From Antedon mediterranea (lineage: Eukaryota > Animalia > Echinodermata), in contig NC_092674.1 in NCBI RefSeq assembly GCF_964355755.1, positions 11,904,001-11,968,000 on the forward strand: a stretch of 64,000 nt of DNA, in the 5' to 3' direction. Position numbers and translations under genes: made by a program. This document shows positions 12,356-26,100 of the stretch, piece by piece. A model generated the notes under the pieces. That model made no database searches. It was given only the letters and a program-made list of their open reading frames with translations, and was not told the DNA's origin. Numbering within the stretch: the stretch's first letter is position 1; every line of letters starts with the position of its first letter.

Positions 12356-13859
12356 TATGGTTTTTTCAAACACAATCTTAAGCATAGATAATGGTGAGTA
12401 GGCGCCGCACACATCCTTATTTCACCCCGTACTGAAATTCCTGCACCAAACCAATATATCTTATTAGGCCTACAGAAACAATTTACAATACATTCTTTAC
12501 TTATCAACAGGAATAAAATTACTTACATGATGGTGCTGATGATACTGTATGTGGGTATCTTCTAGGCCTAGAATACATCACTTTAACCCTCGGATAGAAT
12601 AGTTTGCAAATGTCTTTGTTGTGACATTTCCACAGTAAAATGTACTAGCACAAACGTTAACGTGTCGAGCTTTGAAGAATAAAATCAATACTGGACACTC
12701 AATCAAAAGGAAAGTAAACATACTGTAATGGTATGCTTTGATGCTACGTAACAAATCCATGTTTTACTATTTTACAAATTTATGTACTGTATTTTCTTAT
12801 TATTTACAAGTTATTTCAAGTAAGTAGAGTATGTTACAAAATGGAAACTAATTGAGGTTTCGACACCATTTTAAAAGTAAAATAGTAGTCCTCAAGTACT
12901 TTCAAACGATTATCTTAATCGACTTTGAAGCCTCTCTCTTATTTGCTTTTATTAATGTTTACCTTTAGATAAAGTAGATATGGACTGTCTATCTCCTAAT
13001 TCAATTGGCGTAACTTGCTTATACAATACTGTTCGATTTTTAGTGTATTAGTACTAAATCCTATTATTCGACGGGACATTGGTGTCATGTTTAGCTTTAA
13101 TTAAACCAACACATAACATTAAGTTACCAAGATAGTCTTTCTTTAATATGGTAAAAATCGATATTTTGAAATGTATGTTTGCTTAAGCACATTATGCTGA
13201 ACCATAGTAAAATGCAAACATTTTATCAACACACAGGGCTTTGATCCAACCAAAAACGCCCAGACGGTTTGTTTTCACTGGCTAAACTAAATCTAGCTCA
13301 ATGATGAAGGGGACAGATCCTTACCCTTCGTGGAAGCTTTCGGAAAAAAATCTAACTTGAAATCTAATTTCAAGTTAGGCGTATTTAATAAAATAATTCT
13401 ATTTTAAAACAAAAGCTTTAAGCTATGAGAAGTCCGAGATGATTTGGCTCAGCCTTACTCGTAACTGATGTTTGTAGGCCTAATCTCGGTGTGCAACTTT
13501 GTGGTTTCTTTTTTTTTATATTCTTCTGTAACTCGTCAATTACATAATGAAACATAATGAACAAACAACTTTATCATTTATCGTGATTATAAACTAAGTA
13601 TCATTTTAGGCTTAAGAGTGGATTTGAAAGAGTCATGAGGCACTCGGTGAGGATTGATATTGATTATTGAGATTGGAAGCCAAGCCACCAAGCTACAGCT
13701 CCACTACAATATGATTTTCAAATGACTATGCCATCACATTATAAGCATGATTTGCCACAAGGCTACTTTTCATCTTCATCTTTGTAAACACGAAATTATT
13801 GGACAGTTTGAACTTACTTCTAATTAAAAAAAACTTCAGATTTTGTTTTTGGCTCATGG

Positions 13860-14210
13860 CCGACGTCTGTATAATTAGTTTTACATTCATCTGAATGATG
13901 GATGAAACTAAGCCAGTACTGTTTAAGCACCTTGATTGGTCCTAACATTGATAAAGGGCTTCTCTCGTCCAGTGCACATCTTGACCAGAGGAAAGGCATA
14001 GGCCAATACGTCTAAGGCAAATAATAGATGCAGTGGCTGCCATGAGAGTCAGCCAGCAGTGCTGATTTCAAATGCCTAATGGGACCCCAGGTCCATATAT
14101 ACCCGATATTCCCAGATGGTCTCCCATCCCAGCTCAAACCAGGCCTAACGAATTGCTTTACTTCGATGAGCTGACGAGAACCGGTGTTTCAACGTGGTAA
14201 AGCCGTATAC
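13860..14210 (-). mobile_element. 5S rRNA-derived SINE (SINE3-type), near-full 5S head plus body
   Basis: 14210-14095 reads GTATACGGCTTTACCACGTTGAAACACCGGTTCTCGTCAG...GGATGGGAGACCATCTGGGAATATCGGGT, i.e. 5S A/C-box regions. There is no T-run terminator after it and the sequence continues into a body. 3' boundary uncertain. Confidence 0.7.
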
Positions 14211-15931
14211 AATGGAATAGCACTCTAAATTAATTGTATTACATTTCGTCAGGAAAATTGTCGCGAGCGAAAGTAAATGAAACGATTTTTAAATTTATTG
14301 AAAAGTTGAAGGTATTTCTCACATTGAGCTGCTGCAGCTGAGTAATCTGCTGGTGTGCTAATAATCCAATGGTTTTTTACAAAACAAGATATAACTTTAC
14401 AGAATAGTTCCGAGTGATATAGAAAATCTGAAGACGCCGTACATCTTCATCATATGGGTAGACAAGGAAGGGGACAGACGATCGGGTCCATTTTGGACAT
14501 CTCATCTCTCACTCTTTCTTCCTGAAATTTCCTCAGTTTATTTAGCATTAGGATGCAATTATATTTCAGGTTCTGTCGACAAATTTACGAGCACTGCCAC
14601 ATGCATATCACCTCAGTACGCAAAGTTATTGATGACTTTGAAACCGGGATCTTGACAAAAGTTACTACTGTGGCCAGGCCATATACAGAAAGGTGAAATA
14701 TATTAATGTATACTAGTTTACTATATCAGCGGTATATCAGTTCATTTTAGGGGTAGTAACATATATTTAATTTAATATCAATTTCGAAGGTTACACATCG
14801 GAATTACCTTTGTCGGTAAAAGCAGTCATGATATGTATAATCTTGATAGGCCTATCATAATAACCAGCAAAGTACAGGTTTAAATAGAGACGAATACTAT
14901 GCTAATGTGTGAGACCAAGTACTTAAGGCCTACTTCAAATACGAACACTTACCTCCACAAGCACTATACAAAACAGTGATTGTTTAAATTCAAAATAAGT
15001 TAAAAACAATATCTTCTGATGGAAATTATTCGCAGAATGAGTAGTCTATACCAAGTTACAACAAAATCAGCTTCGGACAATGTTTTGGCATATTTTTGTA
15101 CCATAATACCGTCTGTGTTGTAGCTTATTGAGAAAAGCATATACTAATGAATAGCGATATAAATACTGTCCTTTCTCTATCAATAATCCAGCGACGTCCT
15201 GATATCAAAGAGCAATGCAATTTGTTCACCTAGCTGGAAAATACGCGAATACAAATATGCCATTACAATGCAACCTGATCCCGACAAAACGTTATTGTTA
15301 TTTCAATAATAAAACTGCTATGAAAAATAAGTGCAATATACAAAGCATCGGTACAATAGGGAATAACCCTTGAATAGCCTATTTTAAACGTCAGTAAACG
15401 TCGCTCTAGGGTTCACTGTTTTGACTAGTTTAGATTTACGTCTTTTAAATAACTTCCCGGTATTAGTACTGGACTAAAACCAAATAACATTTTCTGACCG
15501 GATAGAGTTATATTGTACCGTATACACTATACAGATTAATGCATTATTAAAATTGAATAAATTGCGCTCGAGAGTAGCCGCTTAAGGCACTTTATTTATA
15601 ACAATTATTTATCGTTTTGTCTTGTACCAGGGACTGGTTTTAGCCTACTTATCAAACAATTTAAAATATCACGAAGCCGACATATTATGTTTAAAATAAT
15701 GTTTGTGGGATTCCTCATCGAACTCTTCAGTTTAAAACCCTGAGTAGGCCCTACTAACGATTGAAGTATATGCCACGGCTGACCGTGACGGTAGTTTTCC
15801 AAATATAAAATAACACTAAAACAAATATAAAAACAGATGTCATTTATTTAAAACAACGACGGTAAATGATTTGCACCTCTCCTGCTATTGTAGTATTTGT
15901 ACTCATTATAGAGGGATATAGGGGAGCTTAA

Positions 15932-16265
15932 AGATGCAGTGTCCCCCTGAACAGTCCTGAACTTATTTTTTTTTTTTTAAATATGCTATTTAATGTCACA
16001 TACGGTAAAAGATATCCAATTTTACAAAAAAAATTGGATCGAACAAAATCTATTTACCTGAAAACCCTGTAATTTTAAAGCATAGTCAAATTGGCTGCCA
16101 AATTTGGTTGAATTTAACCAATTATTTTGTCATTTTATAAGTGAAACAATTATTTTTGTTTTTTGTATGGAACTTATTTACTTTATAAAACTAACAAATA
16201 ATCTATTCAAAGTCAGATTTAATATTAATCTTCATTTTTTATGTTTTGGGGGACAATACTAATCT
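15932..16265. mobile_element. Second Kolobok-like MITE family (older); partial copy at about 19490-19705
   Basis: TTAA|AGATGCAGTGTCCCC ... GGGGACAATACTAATCT|TAA. Internal CAAATTGGCTGCCA...CATTTTATAAGTG shared with the 19.5-kb copy. Confidence 0.55.
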
Positions 16266-17301
16266 TAATACAGTAATAATAATAATTTTATTTATAAAAT
16301 ATTAAAACAATAAAACAACTATGTAACCCTTAAATTCGTAAAAGCAAGGTACTGTATTTTGTATTGTACATTATATGTAATATCTATCTTTTTAAATTTA
16401 TTTAAAATAAATATTGGGTACAGAAACAAAAACAGTTTGCTGGCAATTATTCAATATAAAAACTCAAACGATGATATATCCAAGTTCGCTACTAAAATAT
16501 AGTCAAACCATTAAGTAATTTTTTTACAAAAAAAAAAAAGGAAAACAAACCAATGCTTATGTAATAATAACTGTAAAATAATTAGGATAAAAAAATATAA
16601 TTTTTAAAATATAAACTAATATAAACAATCATTGCATACCTCTTGGTGGTTATGGTTAGCACACAGCCTGGATTACTGTATTTAATACTTTCTTTACTTT
16701 TAATACTGTACATGTCATAGGCCAGGGCAGTCAAGGCTATCAACATTCTAACTGATCTATTCTTATTAACAACATTTAATGTGTGTTGTGACTTAAGGTC
16801 TACCAGTACCAGAGAAGAGTAAATGTTTCGTCTTATTTATTGCTGTATAGGTTTTCGATTCTTGCCTATTAAACAATACAGCATGTTACAGACAAACAGC
16901 TTACAGTATTGTGTTAAAAATTACACTATAGAGGGCACTACACATTTCAATTGGCATACAGTATTTAATATAGAAATTTAATATTGAGAATAGTTTTCTG
17001 AACTTTTATATTTGAATGGTATTTGTAAAATGGTTGTGTTTAATTGAAAATCTAAAGTACTTTCTTAATTTAAATAACTATACTCTGTTAATTAACTAAA
17101 CAAGGAAAAACTAATGAAATGTTTAATATGCCAATTGTAATACAGTACCTGAAGTTACAGTAAAGTTTGATTCGTTAATAACTGATTATTCAACCAAAAC
17201 CAATTAAATCAACACATAAAAATGTCCTGTTCCAGTCGTGGGTTTGCAATACTAGATAGGCCTGCATCAACTTGAAATTGAGAAGTTCAACTGTGTAAGA
17301 T

Positions 17302-17799
17302 TTAGAAGTCTGATAGATCTGAGTCTGAATCCCATGCACTTGTTTCAATTCCTCTGTTTTCCATTGCAGGAAATTCAACCTCAACATCATACTGGAAGTC
17401 GGGATCACCCGGCTTTTTCCTGTTCTTCTCGTAGCTATCATTCATTGCAGTTTTCTTTTTTTTAAGATCGTCATCGTCCAACTTGTTCAAGTCCTCTTCG
17501 GGGTCAATCTCATATTGTTTCTTTGCTGTGGCAAGACTCTCCTCCAGACTTGAACCATGTAGAACTGCCTGTATTATTCTCAGTAATTTCTCAATTTGAA
17601 ATTCACTGACATGTTGTAGGTATTGCTTATGTCGAGGGTTGTTCTTAAGTTCTGTTGTAAAGCAAGTGATATTTGTATTCTTGTTAAAGTTTCTAAGCGG
17701 CATTATTCTTTCTCTTAGTTTTTTTGAAGAATTTTCATATTTCAATATAAGCATCGGGGGTTCAACTCTGACCCCACATTTTTTCGGTGTCACTTCCAT
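17302..17799 (-). CDS. CEP19: Centrosomal protein 19
   Basis: KKCGVRVEPPMLILKYE, RIMPLRNF, LKNNPRHK, IDPEEDLNKLDD, DPDFQYDVEVEF and the WD...DF end match CEP19. The CDS sits in one exon; an acceptor at about 17833 implies a 5'UTR intron. Confidence 0.96.
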   Translation of the reverse strand: MEVTPKKCGVRVEPPMLILKYENSSKKLRERIMPLRNFNKNTNITCFTTELKNNPRHKQYLQHVSEFQIEKLLRIIQAVLHGSSLEESLATAKKQYEIDPEEDLNKLDDDDLKKKKTAMNDSYEKNRKKPGDPDFQYDVEVEFPAMENRGIETSAWDSDSDLSDF

Positions 17800-18230
17800 A
17801 TGGAATTAGGTCATCATAAATTTACAAAAAGGCTAAAATAAAAAAAAGTTCGAAGTTGTATTATTTTGGCATAGTATGCACTTGTCAAATTGTATGACCC
17901 ACTATATTACTACCGGGAGAGGTGTATCATTTAAGAATAATTATTGACGCAGGGGTGCATCATAAAACCTAGATGGTACGTCACATCAATGAACAATGGT
18001 GTGTCAATGTCCATCCCTTTACTAACCACCATATCATATAAACAATATGGTCACAGTGCGCCTAAATGGGTGCGCTAAGATATAAAAAATATCGGACAAA
18101 TGACGCACTGTTCCCGGGGGTTGTATAGTGGGTCGTACAATTGACAAGTGCATTATGTTGACATGATAGAGATAGAATGTTAATAATAATTTTATATATA
18201 AAAAAAACATTCTTTCAATAAGTTGGGCTA

Positions 18231-18760
18231 ATTTTGAAAAGTCATAATAAAATAAAATTAGACATACTGTATAACTTGTCAATAAATGCAAAATGATAAA
18301 TAAGTAGCCTATAACACTCATTGTCTTACGCTGTTTGTTTTAACTAATCTATACGAAGGCCTACTACACATTTATACATTATTATATTATCCTAAAAAAT
18401 GAGCTGGTAGGTTCTGAAGAAAGATTCGTAATTGTGGCTCTGGTAACTAATTTTAAAATTTTAAAAATTAAATTAACATTTTCGAAATCAGGGATAATCT
18501 TTTTAGAACTTTCAATAAGGAACTATTTTTCTAATGATTTTCAAAAACCTGTAAAATAAAAATTATAATAATACTAATAGGATAAACATTTTAATGTATA
18601 GGCCTACGACATTTAGCGCGACCCAAGTAACAACGCGATCGATATCAAACGCAACCACTGTTATGATTAAAACAGCTACTACTACTAGCGCTTCATACCG
18701 AAATAAAACCATGGATGGGCGAGTCGGCGACTTTGCGATGGGGCGACTTGACTGGATCCC
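18231..18760. mobile_element. Right part of a Mutator-like element with GGCGACTTTGCGATGG subterminal repeats
   Basis: Direct-repeat match to 31431-32020; ends ...GGGGCGACTTGACTGGATCC. Confidence 0.6.
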
Positions 18761-21700
18761 ATAAAAACTTATTATTATAACTTTATCAAGCTGAAATGTG
18801 AGATTTGTATCTCTCCTCCCTTTGTTTTGGGTTCAACCATAAACTGACCAATCACAGGATATAATACTGAATAATATCTAGGCCTAGGCCTACTGTATGT
18901 GCATCACATCTAGTAGGCTAGCTCTGCCGGATCCAGACTACATATACTAGACTTGAGACTCTAGCTAGTAGGCCTAGGCCTAGCCTAGGCCTAGAGACCT
19001 ATAGGTAGGAGGCCTAGGTCTAGGCCTAGACTAGAGCACTAGTCTAAACCCCTAAAAGAGTTTAAAATGCAGGTCCACCTACATTGTGGTTGGGTTATAT
19101 CATAGAAAACTTAACTTCGTACCTACCTCCTAAAGCCTAGGCCTAGCTATAGACTATGAAAGGGCCGTCCGAGGACGTCGTGTTTGTTGTTGCTCTTTTT
19201 CGACTCGCTATGGAGGGCCATACACGCATTATAACATTGTGTTATAATTATTATACAGTATTATAAAGGATCCCATTATAGATTGGCTATAAATATAAGC
19301 TCTTTGGATAATAACACAGTCAATTCAATTAATAAGCGATGGACTATTTTTATGTTATTGATGAATTTATGTATTCAAAATAAATTTATCTGAATGTTGG
19401 TATATTCCATACAAAATGTATTTATTTAATACAAAGAAAATTTAATTATCTATCAAATAAGACCATTTAAAACAAATGGGGTAAACAGTTACACATGTTA
19501 AAGTTATCCACTTTACCAAAAAATATGATCGAAAAAAAACTTATTTTCCTGAAAAAAACTGCAATTTAAAGCAAAAATAGTCAAATTGGCTGCCAGCCAA
19601 TGGGTTTTTGGTTTAATTTAACCATTTATTTTGTCATTTTATAAGTGTAAATTGTTTTTTTCTTTTTTTTTCTACGAATAAAACTACAAATTAACCTATT
19701 CTGATTATTATTATTATCTATATATTAATGCTATTAATTTTTTCGCGTAATTTTACGTATCTCCTCCAAAACCACTGAAAGGTACGTGCTCACATTTGTC
19801 ACACTGATGTTTATTGAGGGACGCACACGTCGATATGCTATGTCACTTTCCTGAATTTTAAGGATAAACACTAAAAAAATGCAAAAAAATAGCAGTAGAG
19901 TTTGACGTCTCAGCGATCAAGTTACATCACTGATAAACTACGCAACTTCTTCTGTTGTGGCGTTGGGTCCGATAGTCTTTGAAATCGTTGGGTCCGATAG
20001 TATTATTTGGTAACTGTATAATTATCTGTGTCTACTATTGCAATTGTTTGGCAGATAGAGAAATTGAAATTGTCCCTTTTTTAGCCTAAATGAATTATTT
20101 GTTTTATTTTCATTTTATTGTGTTTGGTATTGAAAAAATAATGTCGCGTTAAAATATATAATAATATTTTATGGTGAACAATTATAAATCCAATTCGTTT
20201 TTGTGGTCCCGATCGTCTTCTCTTTATTTTATAATGGACCCGATCGTCGATTTATATTGGGCCTGAACGTCCACCCAGTTGAGCCCAAACGTCCACCAAC
20301 GTTCTAACGCGTTGGTACCCGATCGTCTTTAAAAAAAAGCCCGATCGTCTGTCAATCGCTTTAACACAGAAACGTTCTATCATATACTAGGATAGTTTTG
20401 AGGTATATGGTAGGCCCTACATGCAAAAAAAATGCTGATTTTTTGCTAAAGTGAATCTTTTTTGTTCAATAAAAGCCATTTAGTGAAAATTATTACGCAA
20501 ATCCATATTCTATATAAGATTATCATAATAGCTATCCATCAATAAAATTTTTGATAAAATACGTACAACTTGCATGAACAGTAGTATTCCGGATGATCGA
20601 CAATGTTAAGTTGCATTTATGAGTTTGCTTTAAGGATGGGGCATTGAGGAGAAGAATGATATGTTGTGGACCTGTATATTTTCTTTGTTTGTAAAAACAT
20701 CTCGAACGGAACTATAAAATCGAAAACGGATATGATATACAATATTGATACTTTGTACTTGTACAATTGTTAAGCTTCAATTGCATTTTTTAGGCCTACA
20801 TTAAAACTACAAATCTAATCCCGTCATTATAAAAAAAAAACGCTCGATGTAGCACAAAAAGTCAAAATTAAATAGCACACAATGATTGGTCTCTTGATTG
20901 TATACAGATTCAGTATTGAACACGATATAGTACGTAGCTAGGAGCAGTGTTTACACAGCTTAACTAGTCAAAGAATGTACCAAATCCACGTCAATCTAAC
21001 TGTGAGTGCTTTTGCTGAAGTAGTAGTTAAGTTGGCGATTTAAAAGCGTAGAAAGTACCTTGAAAACAGCTGTTTTAACATACTGTTTGCCAGTAAACAA
21101 TCATGATTTCTAGTATTCTAATTTTGTTACGATTTTTGATGTACATGACGACGTGTAGAACTTGTCGATACATATACAGTTGCAATGCATTATGTTAACA
21201 TGAATATCACGCTATCGTGTTACGATTTCAAATACCGGATACAATCGACAAGTTGTTGGCCATATCTATGTAAAGATTCTTTAACTTCAGTACAATGTTG
21301 TACAATAAAGTATAATTCTCTCATAGAATATTTTATTTTTTCATTTTTATTATTATAGTCGAGTAGCCTACACGTAAGCGAAAACACATCAGTACGAGAA
21401 TCGGCTTTGAAGTCAACGTTGATCCAGAGGTTTTAAATTAGTTTCTATTATTCTACCTTTTCACGAAACTAGAACATACATAATAAAGAAGAAGTACAAT
21501 ATTAACAAGGCCATATACATGACTGCATCGCGTGCTCAAGTCAACCGATTGAAATTGCTGAACATGTTTAGAAATGTTGAAAATGTTTAAAAACATTTAT
21601 ATTTTTTAAATTTATACGTGCGTAGCCTGTAACCTTTGGCGTGCTCGTATAACGAAATTTCGAGTTGGAAAATGAATAAAATATGATGATTATCAAATGT

Positions 21701-22946
21701 TATTTAATTGTGATTCATGCCTGTGAGGATATGACTAACGTGATTTTGTTAAATCGTGCGTAGACCGCGTGATTTTTATTGCGCACCGTGAAAAACATAA
21801 CCAAATCGTGTCCTGGTCATAAGGAATATACTCTGAAAAATTGACTTAGCTAGATGAAACTGATGCACGCGACTAAAACATATATTAATGTAGGCTTACA
21901 TACCCGCAAACGTACTTTCCAGGGGACGAAATATTCTATGAGAGAATAATATTCCTACATTAGGCCCTATTAATACCGTAATTGATAACAATATTAGAAG
22001 GTCTAGTCAAGACAATATACGAGTCGGTGTGCTTATCACTAGATCGAGTGGAAATACTGTTTTGAAGGATCGGAAAAATGTATTATTTCAACGAACTATT
22101 TTGGTATTAAATTCTATTTTTTCAAAGGAACGAAATAATTTTGAAGACAACGAGATAATGTTTCCGAAAAGAACAAAATAAAATTTCAAGAAAACAGAAC
22201 AATATTTCGAGAGAACTAAATGAGGATGGAATAATATTAACCAACTAACGTTCTAAAATATCTTCTACAATGTTCATTTCAACAAAGGTAAACGTACGTA
22301 CCACTGTACAAAAACAATTTAGTTGGAAAATGAATATTTCAAGAAAGTTGGAAGAATCTTAGTTTCTAGTCGATAATACTTTTAAGACTTGGCCGACCCA
22401 TTTGTTGAAATGTAAATAATCCATAATCGCAATTGCACAATAATTCTTAAAGGCAATCTTTAATTAAAATATTTAAGAGCCATTATACTGAATCTATTAT
22501 AAACACATCTTGGGGGAAAATAAAGCTACGTTCATATTGTATATGTTGATACAATTCGGTTGCTGATAGCTAACTACCTCCAAGATACGAGTCAGAAGTC
22601 TGTGAAATTGCAACGCTTCGGTTATATTGACTTTGCCTCGTCGTGGAGGCAGGCAGGCGAAAAATTGGCGAGAAAGGGCTAATCCTTGTCCGGGACGTGA
22701 TCTAGCCTTAATGAAAAATTTCGACCCAATGTCACAGCCTGAGGAACCTCCCGAAGTAACCTTTTAACACTTTAAAAAGAATACATCGTAGTGACAGAGC
22801 ATGGTTATTGGTGATCAGTCAAACTATTTGATAATATATCGATTAGCAACTGTTTAAACAAAGCAGTTTATTTCCTTAAAGGATCGTTCAAATCAAAAAG
22901 CAGCGATGACTGAATGTGATAAACAGTCACTTCAGTATAACTTGGA

Positions 22947-22953
22947 TATAAAG
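22947..22953 (+). promoter_or_regulatory. Candidate TATA box of the nuclear receptor gene
   Basis: TATAAAG about 150 bp upstream of the ATG at 23103, inside a GC-richer patch. Position-based only. Confidence 0.3.
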
Positions 22954-23102
22954 GTGCTGAATATACCACTTCAACTGATATCGGTGAGATGAGAGGAAGG
23001 TACTGGTGCGCATAGCGCTCATTCTTTACTTGAACTAGTAATGACGTTTAGTTGTGTTCGAAATCATTGTTTCTGAAGAAAACAAAAGTGCATTTGAGGA
23101 TA

Positions 23103-26100
23103 ATGGGTAGGTAGAGCTATTATGTTGCATTGCAATTTCAATTAATACTTGCAATGATTATCTTTTTAGTGATATCGACTAATCAGGTTAATCAGTACTT
23201 TTAGCAAATATAAGCTTTACAAATTTAAGGAATTTTTGTGCAGCATGATTGAAAATAAGCCAACATGTTTATAGGCCTATATGATCTGATTGTGAATGTT
23301 TTGCTTGTTTTACCATTTTTATATCGAGAAAAACGAGTTTCCATTTACACATTTTGATATATCGAACAAATAAAGATTTGATTTTATTAAACTGATTTAT
23401 TTCTAACGTTTACATTGATGTTTCTAATTATACATTTCGGAAAGGCGCAAAACATTTTACAATCTTTTAATTAGTTAAAGTCAGCTTTAACGGATTTCTT
23501 CTAGAGTTTTTCTAATTTTTGTCCTTGATTGTTTATTTTTATCATTTTTATTTGTTATTGTGATTACAATTTACACCATTGTTATTTTGGTTAAAATATT
23601 TTCTTTGTTATTAAATTGTACATACAAAAGTATATATAGTTAGGTTTAACGTTTATATAATAGGCCCATTTTTTACATAATTTAAGTTTAATGTAAGTAT
23701 ATTTAGCTAAAGCTTATTTTTAGAAATTCGGAAAGGTCTATCCGAAAATGATTTTCATTGATCGTAAGACATTTTAATGATTAAAATGTAACAAAATATG
23801 TTGAAAACAACACGTTTACAAAAACAGGATTGTGTTGTGTTGCTTTTAACTATAAGACATAGTTTATTTTAAAATCCTTTTTTTCAATCAGGACGGACAT
23901 TACCTCACCCAGTATCATGTCGAGTGTGCGGTGATAAGAGTTTTGGTAAACATTATGGTGTTTATTGCTGTGATGGTTGTAGTTGCTTCTTTAAAAGAAG
24001 TATCAGAAGGAAAATGCAATATACCTGTATCGGAAAAGGAAACTGCGTCGTGGATAAAGCAAGACGCAATTGGTGTCCGCATTGTCGACTTCGTAAATGC
24101 TTTTACGTCAAAATGAATAAAGCAGGTACGTAATAAATTGACCATAGATTAACAAATTAGGCCTATCTAAACTGGATATCGTGTATGTAAGATCAGCTCT
24201 CTTTTACTTTGTCTATTTGTTAAGCTTAAAATTACTTAATATTATGATTTAGGCCTTCTATTATTTTCCAAATGTTAACCTCATTAAAATACTAAATAAT
24301 ATGTAATAGTTATTTTATTCATTTCTAATTGGGGCCACTTATAATTGTACTTATTTAAGTTATTTATATACAAGATTTTTCAAAAAAATAGTTTTTCTTG
24401 CCACCGATACTAATTCATTTTCCAAAGCTTCTTCAGTTTATTTCATTTTATATCCTACTTATGAGTTTACTGAATTACATATTTTTGCCGGTGGATGCAG
24501 TAAAAGAAGTCGTTCTTCATGACAAAACAATATCAATTCTTCAGGACTTTCCTACATTATTCACACGCGAAAATGGTGTAGGCTACACAGTACAATTCAC
24601 GCGTACTATAAACATACCAGGCATCACGTCTACTTACTTTATTCCTCAATTCCGTTAGTGTTTTTATGAAGAAAAGATGAAAATCTCATCCTTCTGATTT
24701 CATTTGTTTCCTTTTTTATTTTTGCAAATACAATCAATTTATTTAACATCACTATTCTTTGTAAAAAACTATATATGTTGATGTTTTCTTCATTAGCTGT
24801 GCAAGAAGAAAGAGGACCACGCAAGAAAAAGGCCACAGTACAGAGCGTAAAGCCAACCAACAGTACCCAAGTTACACCGATTCAAAATAGAACACATCCT
24901 CATACGAAATATTCCGCAGATAGATCTAGAAATGAAGTTAGGTCGTCTGCGTTTGTGCCGTTCCAACCTTGGAAGCGGGCAGAACCGTGCAATCATAGTA
25001 TGGTTTCAAGGTCAATAGTAGGTCTACCAACAATGCTGCCCAATCATTCTAAAAATGTTCAATTCCTACAAGGTGGAATATGTGGAACTTACATGTCTTC
25101 AGTGATGACCCACCCTGACGCAACTCCATTTCCATCTGCAATGGCGTCGTTACTTCATGAGCAATATTATGAACGGCCAGGTAAGGTTTCCACCATTTGG
25201 AATAAATTTAATCGTTACAGTATGATAGAAACACTAGAAACAAGATAAATAATTAGTATTATCACTTATTCATCTACATTGTTTGATTTAATATATTTGA
25301 TAAATTATAAAATTATTTACATTTATCCCGTAATTGGCGAGTTACTCGCTGTTGGTTGCGTATAAAATGAAAATTAGTTACAACAAAAATTACTGGAAAA
25401 CAATATACAAAGTGAAATGTCAATGATTGTCGTCAAAAACAAACTTAATCACGGTTAATACGGAACGTATTCTGTTACAGGAAATTTAACAGAATACATG
25501 GAATGACAATTTCGATTAAAATTATAATGATTAAAGTTATCCCAAATATAAATAATATAAAATAAACAACAGTAGATTCGCACATTGTAGAACGTAAAGT
25601 AGAATTTACAACAATTCTAGTTAAATTTTCTGTGAATGTGTGTAGGGCGTATATGCTAAAACTAGTGCAATTTGAGGATTAAATAGTTACCGACCCGTTA
25701 CACTGTTATTGCATCCATCGTTAAAATCATATTGAAACTTTGTAATTAAAATTGGTCGTTTTTCTTTCCTGAGCTTTTAAAATAATGTAGTTTATTATTG
25801 AATCCATTGATTGTTTATACAACTAATAGAAACAATAAAAAAAAAATACAAAACCTTAATATTAATTTAGGTTATGGTGAGATACAGATGCACCCAACAT
25901 ACCCGGATGTTCATGCAATGCTAGTCAGCAGTACAGAAACCGATCAAGAGGCTCTTCGAGAAACTGCTTCGAAAATCCTTCAAATGTTGGTTGACTCGAC
26001 GTCTTCAATTTATGTGTTTCAAATGTTTGATAGAGATGATAGAATTATTCTTCTTGAAGATTCATGGCCTGAACAGTTTCTTTTTCACATTGCCCTGTGG

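Noticed and set aside
14095-14210. Functional 5S rRNA gene
   Set aside because: Substitutions and indels in conserved positions, no pairing 3' end and no T-run terminator.
14403-14653. Open frame with IENLKTPYIFIIWV...G...S, faintly FN3-like
   Set aside because: Only a partial motif, with no partner exons found.
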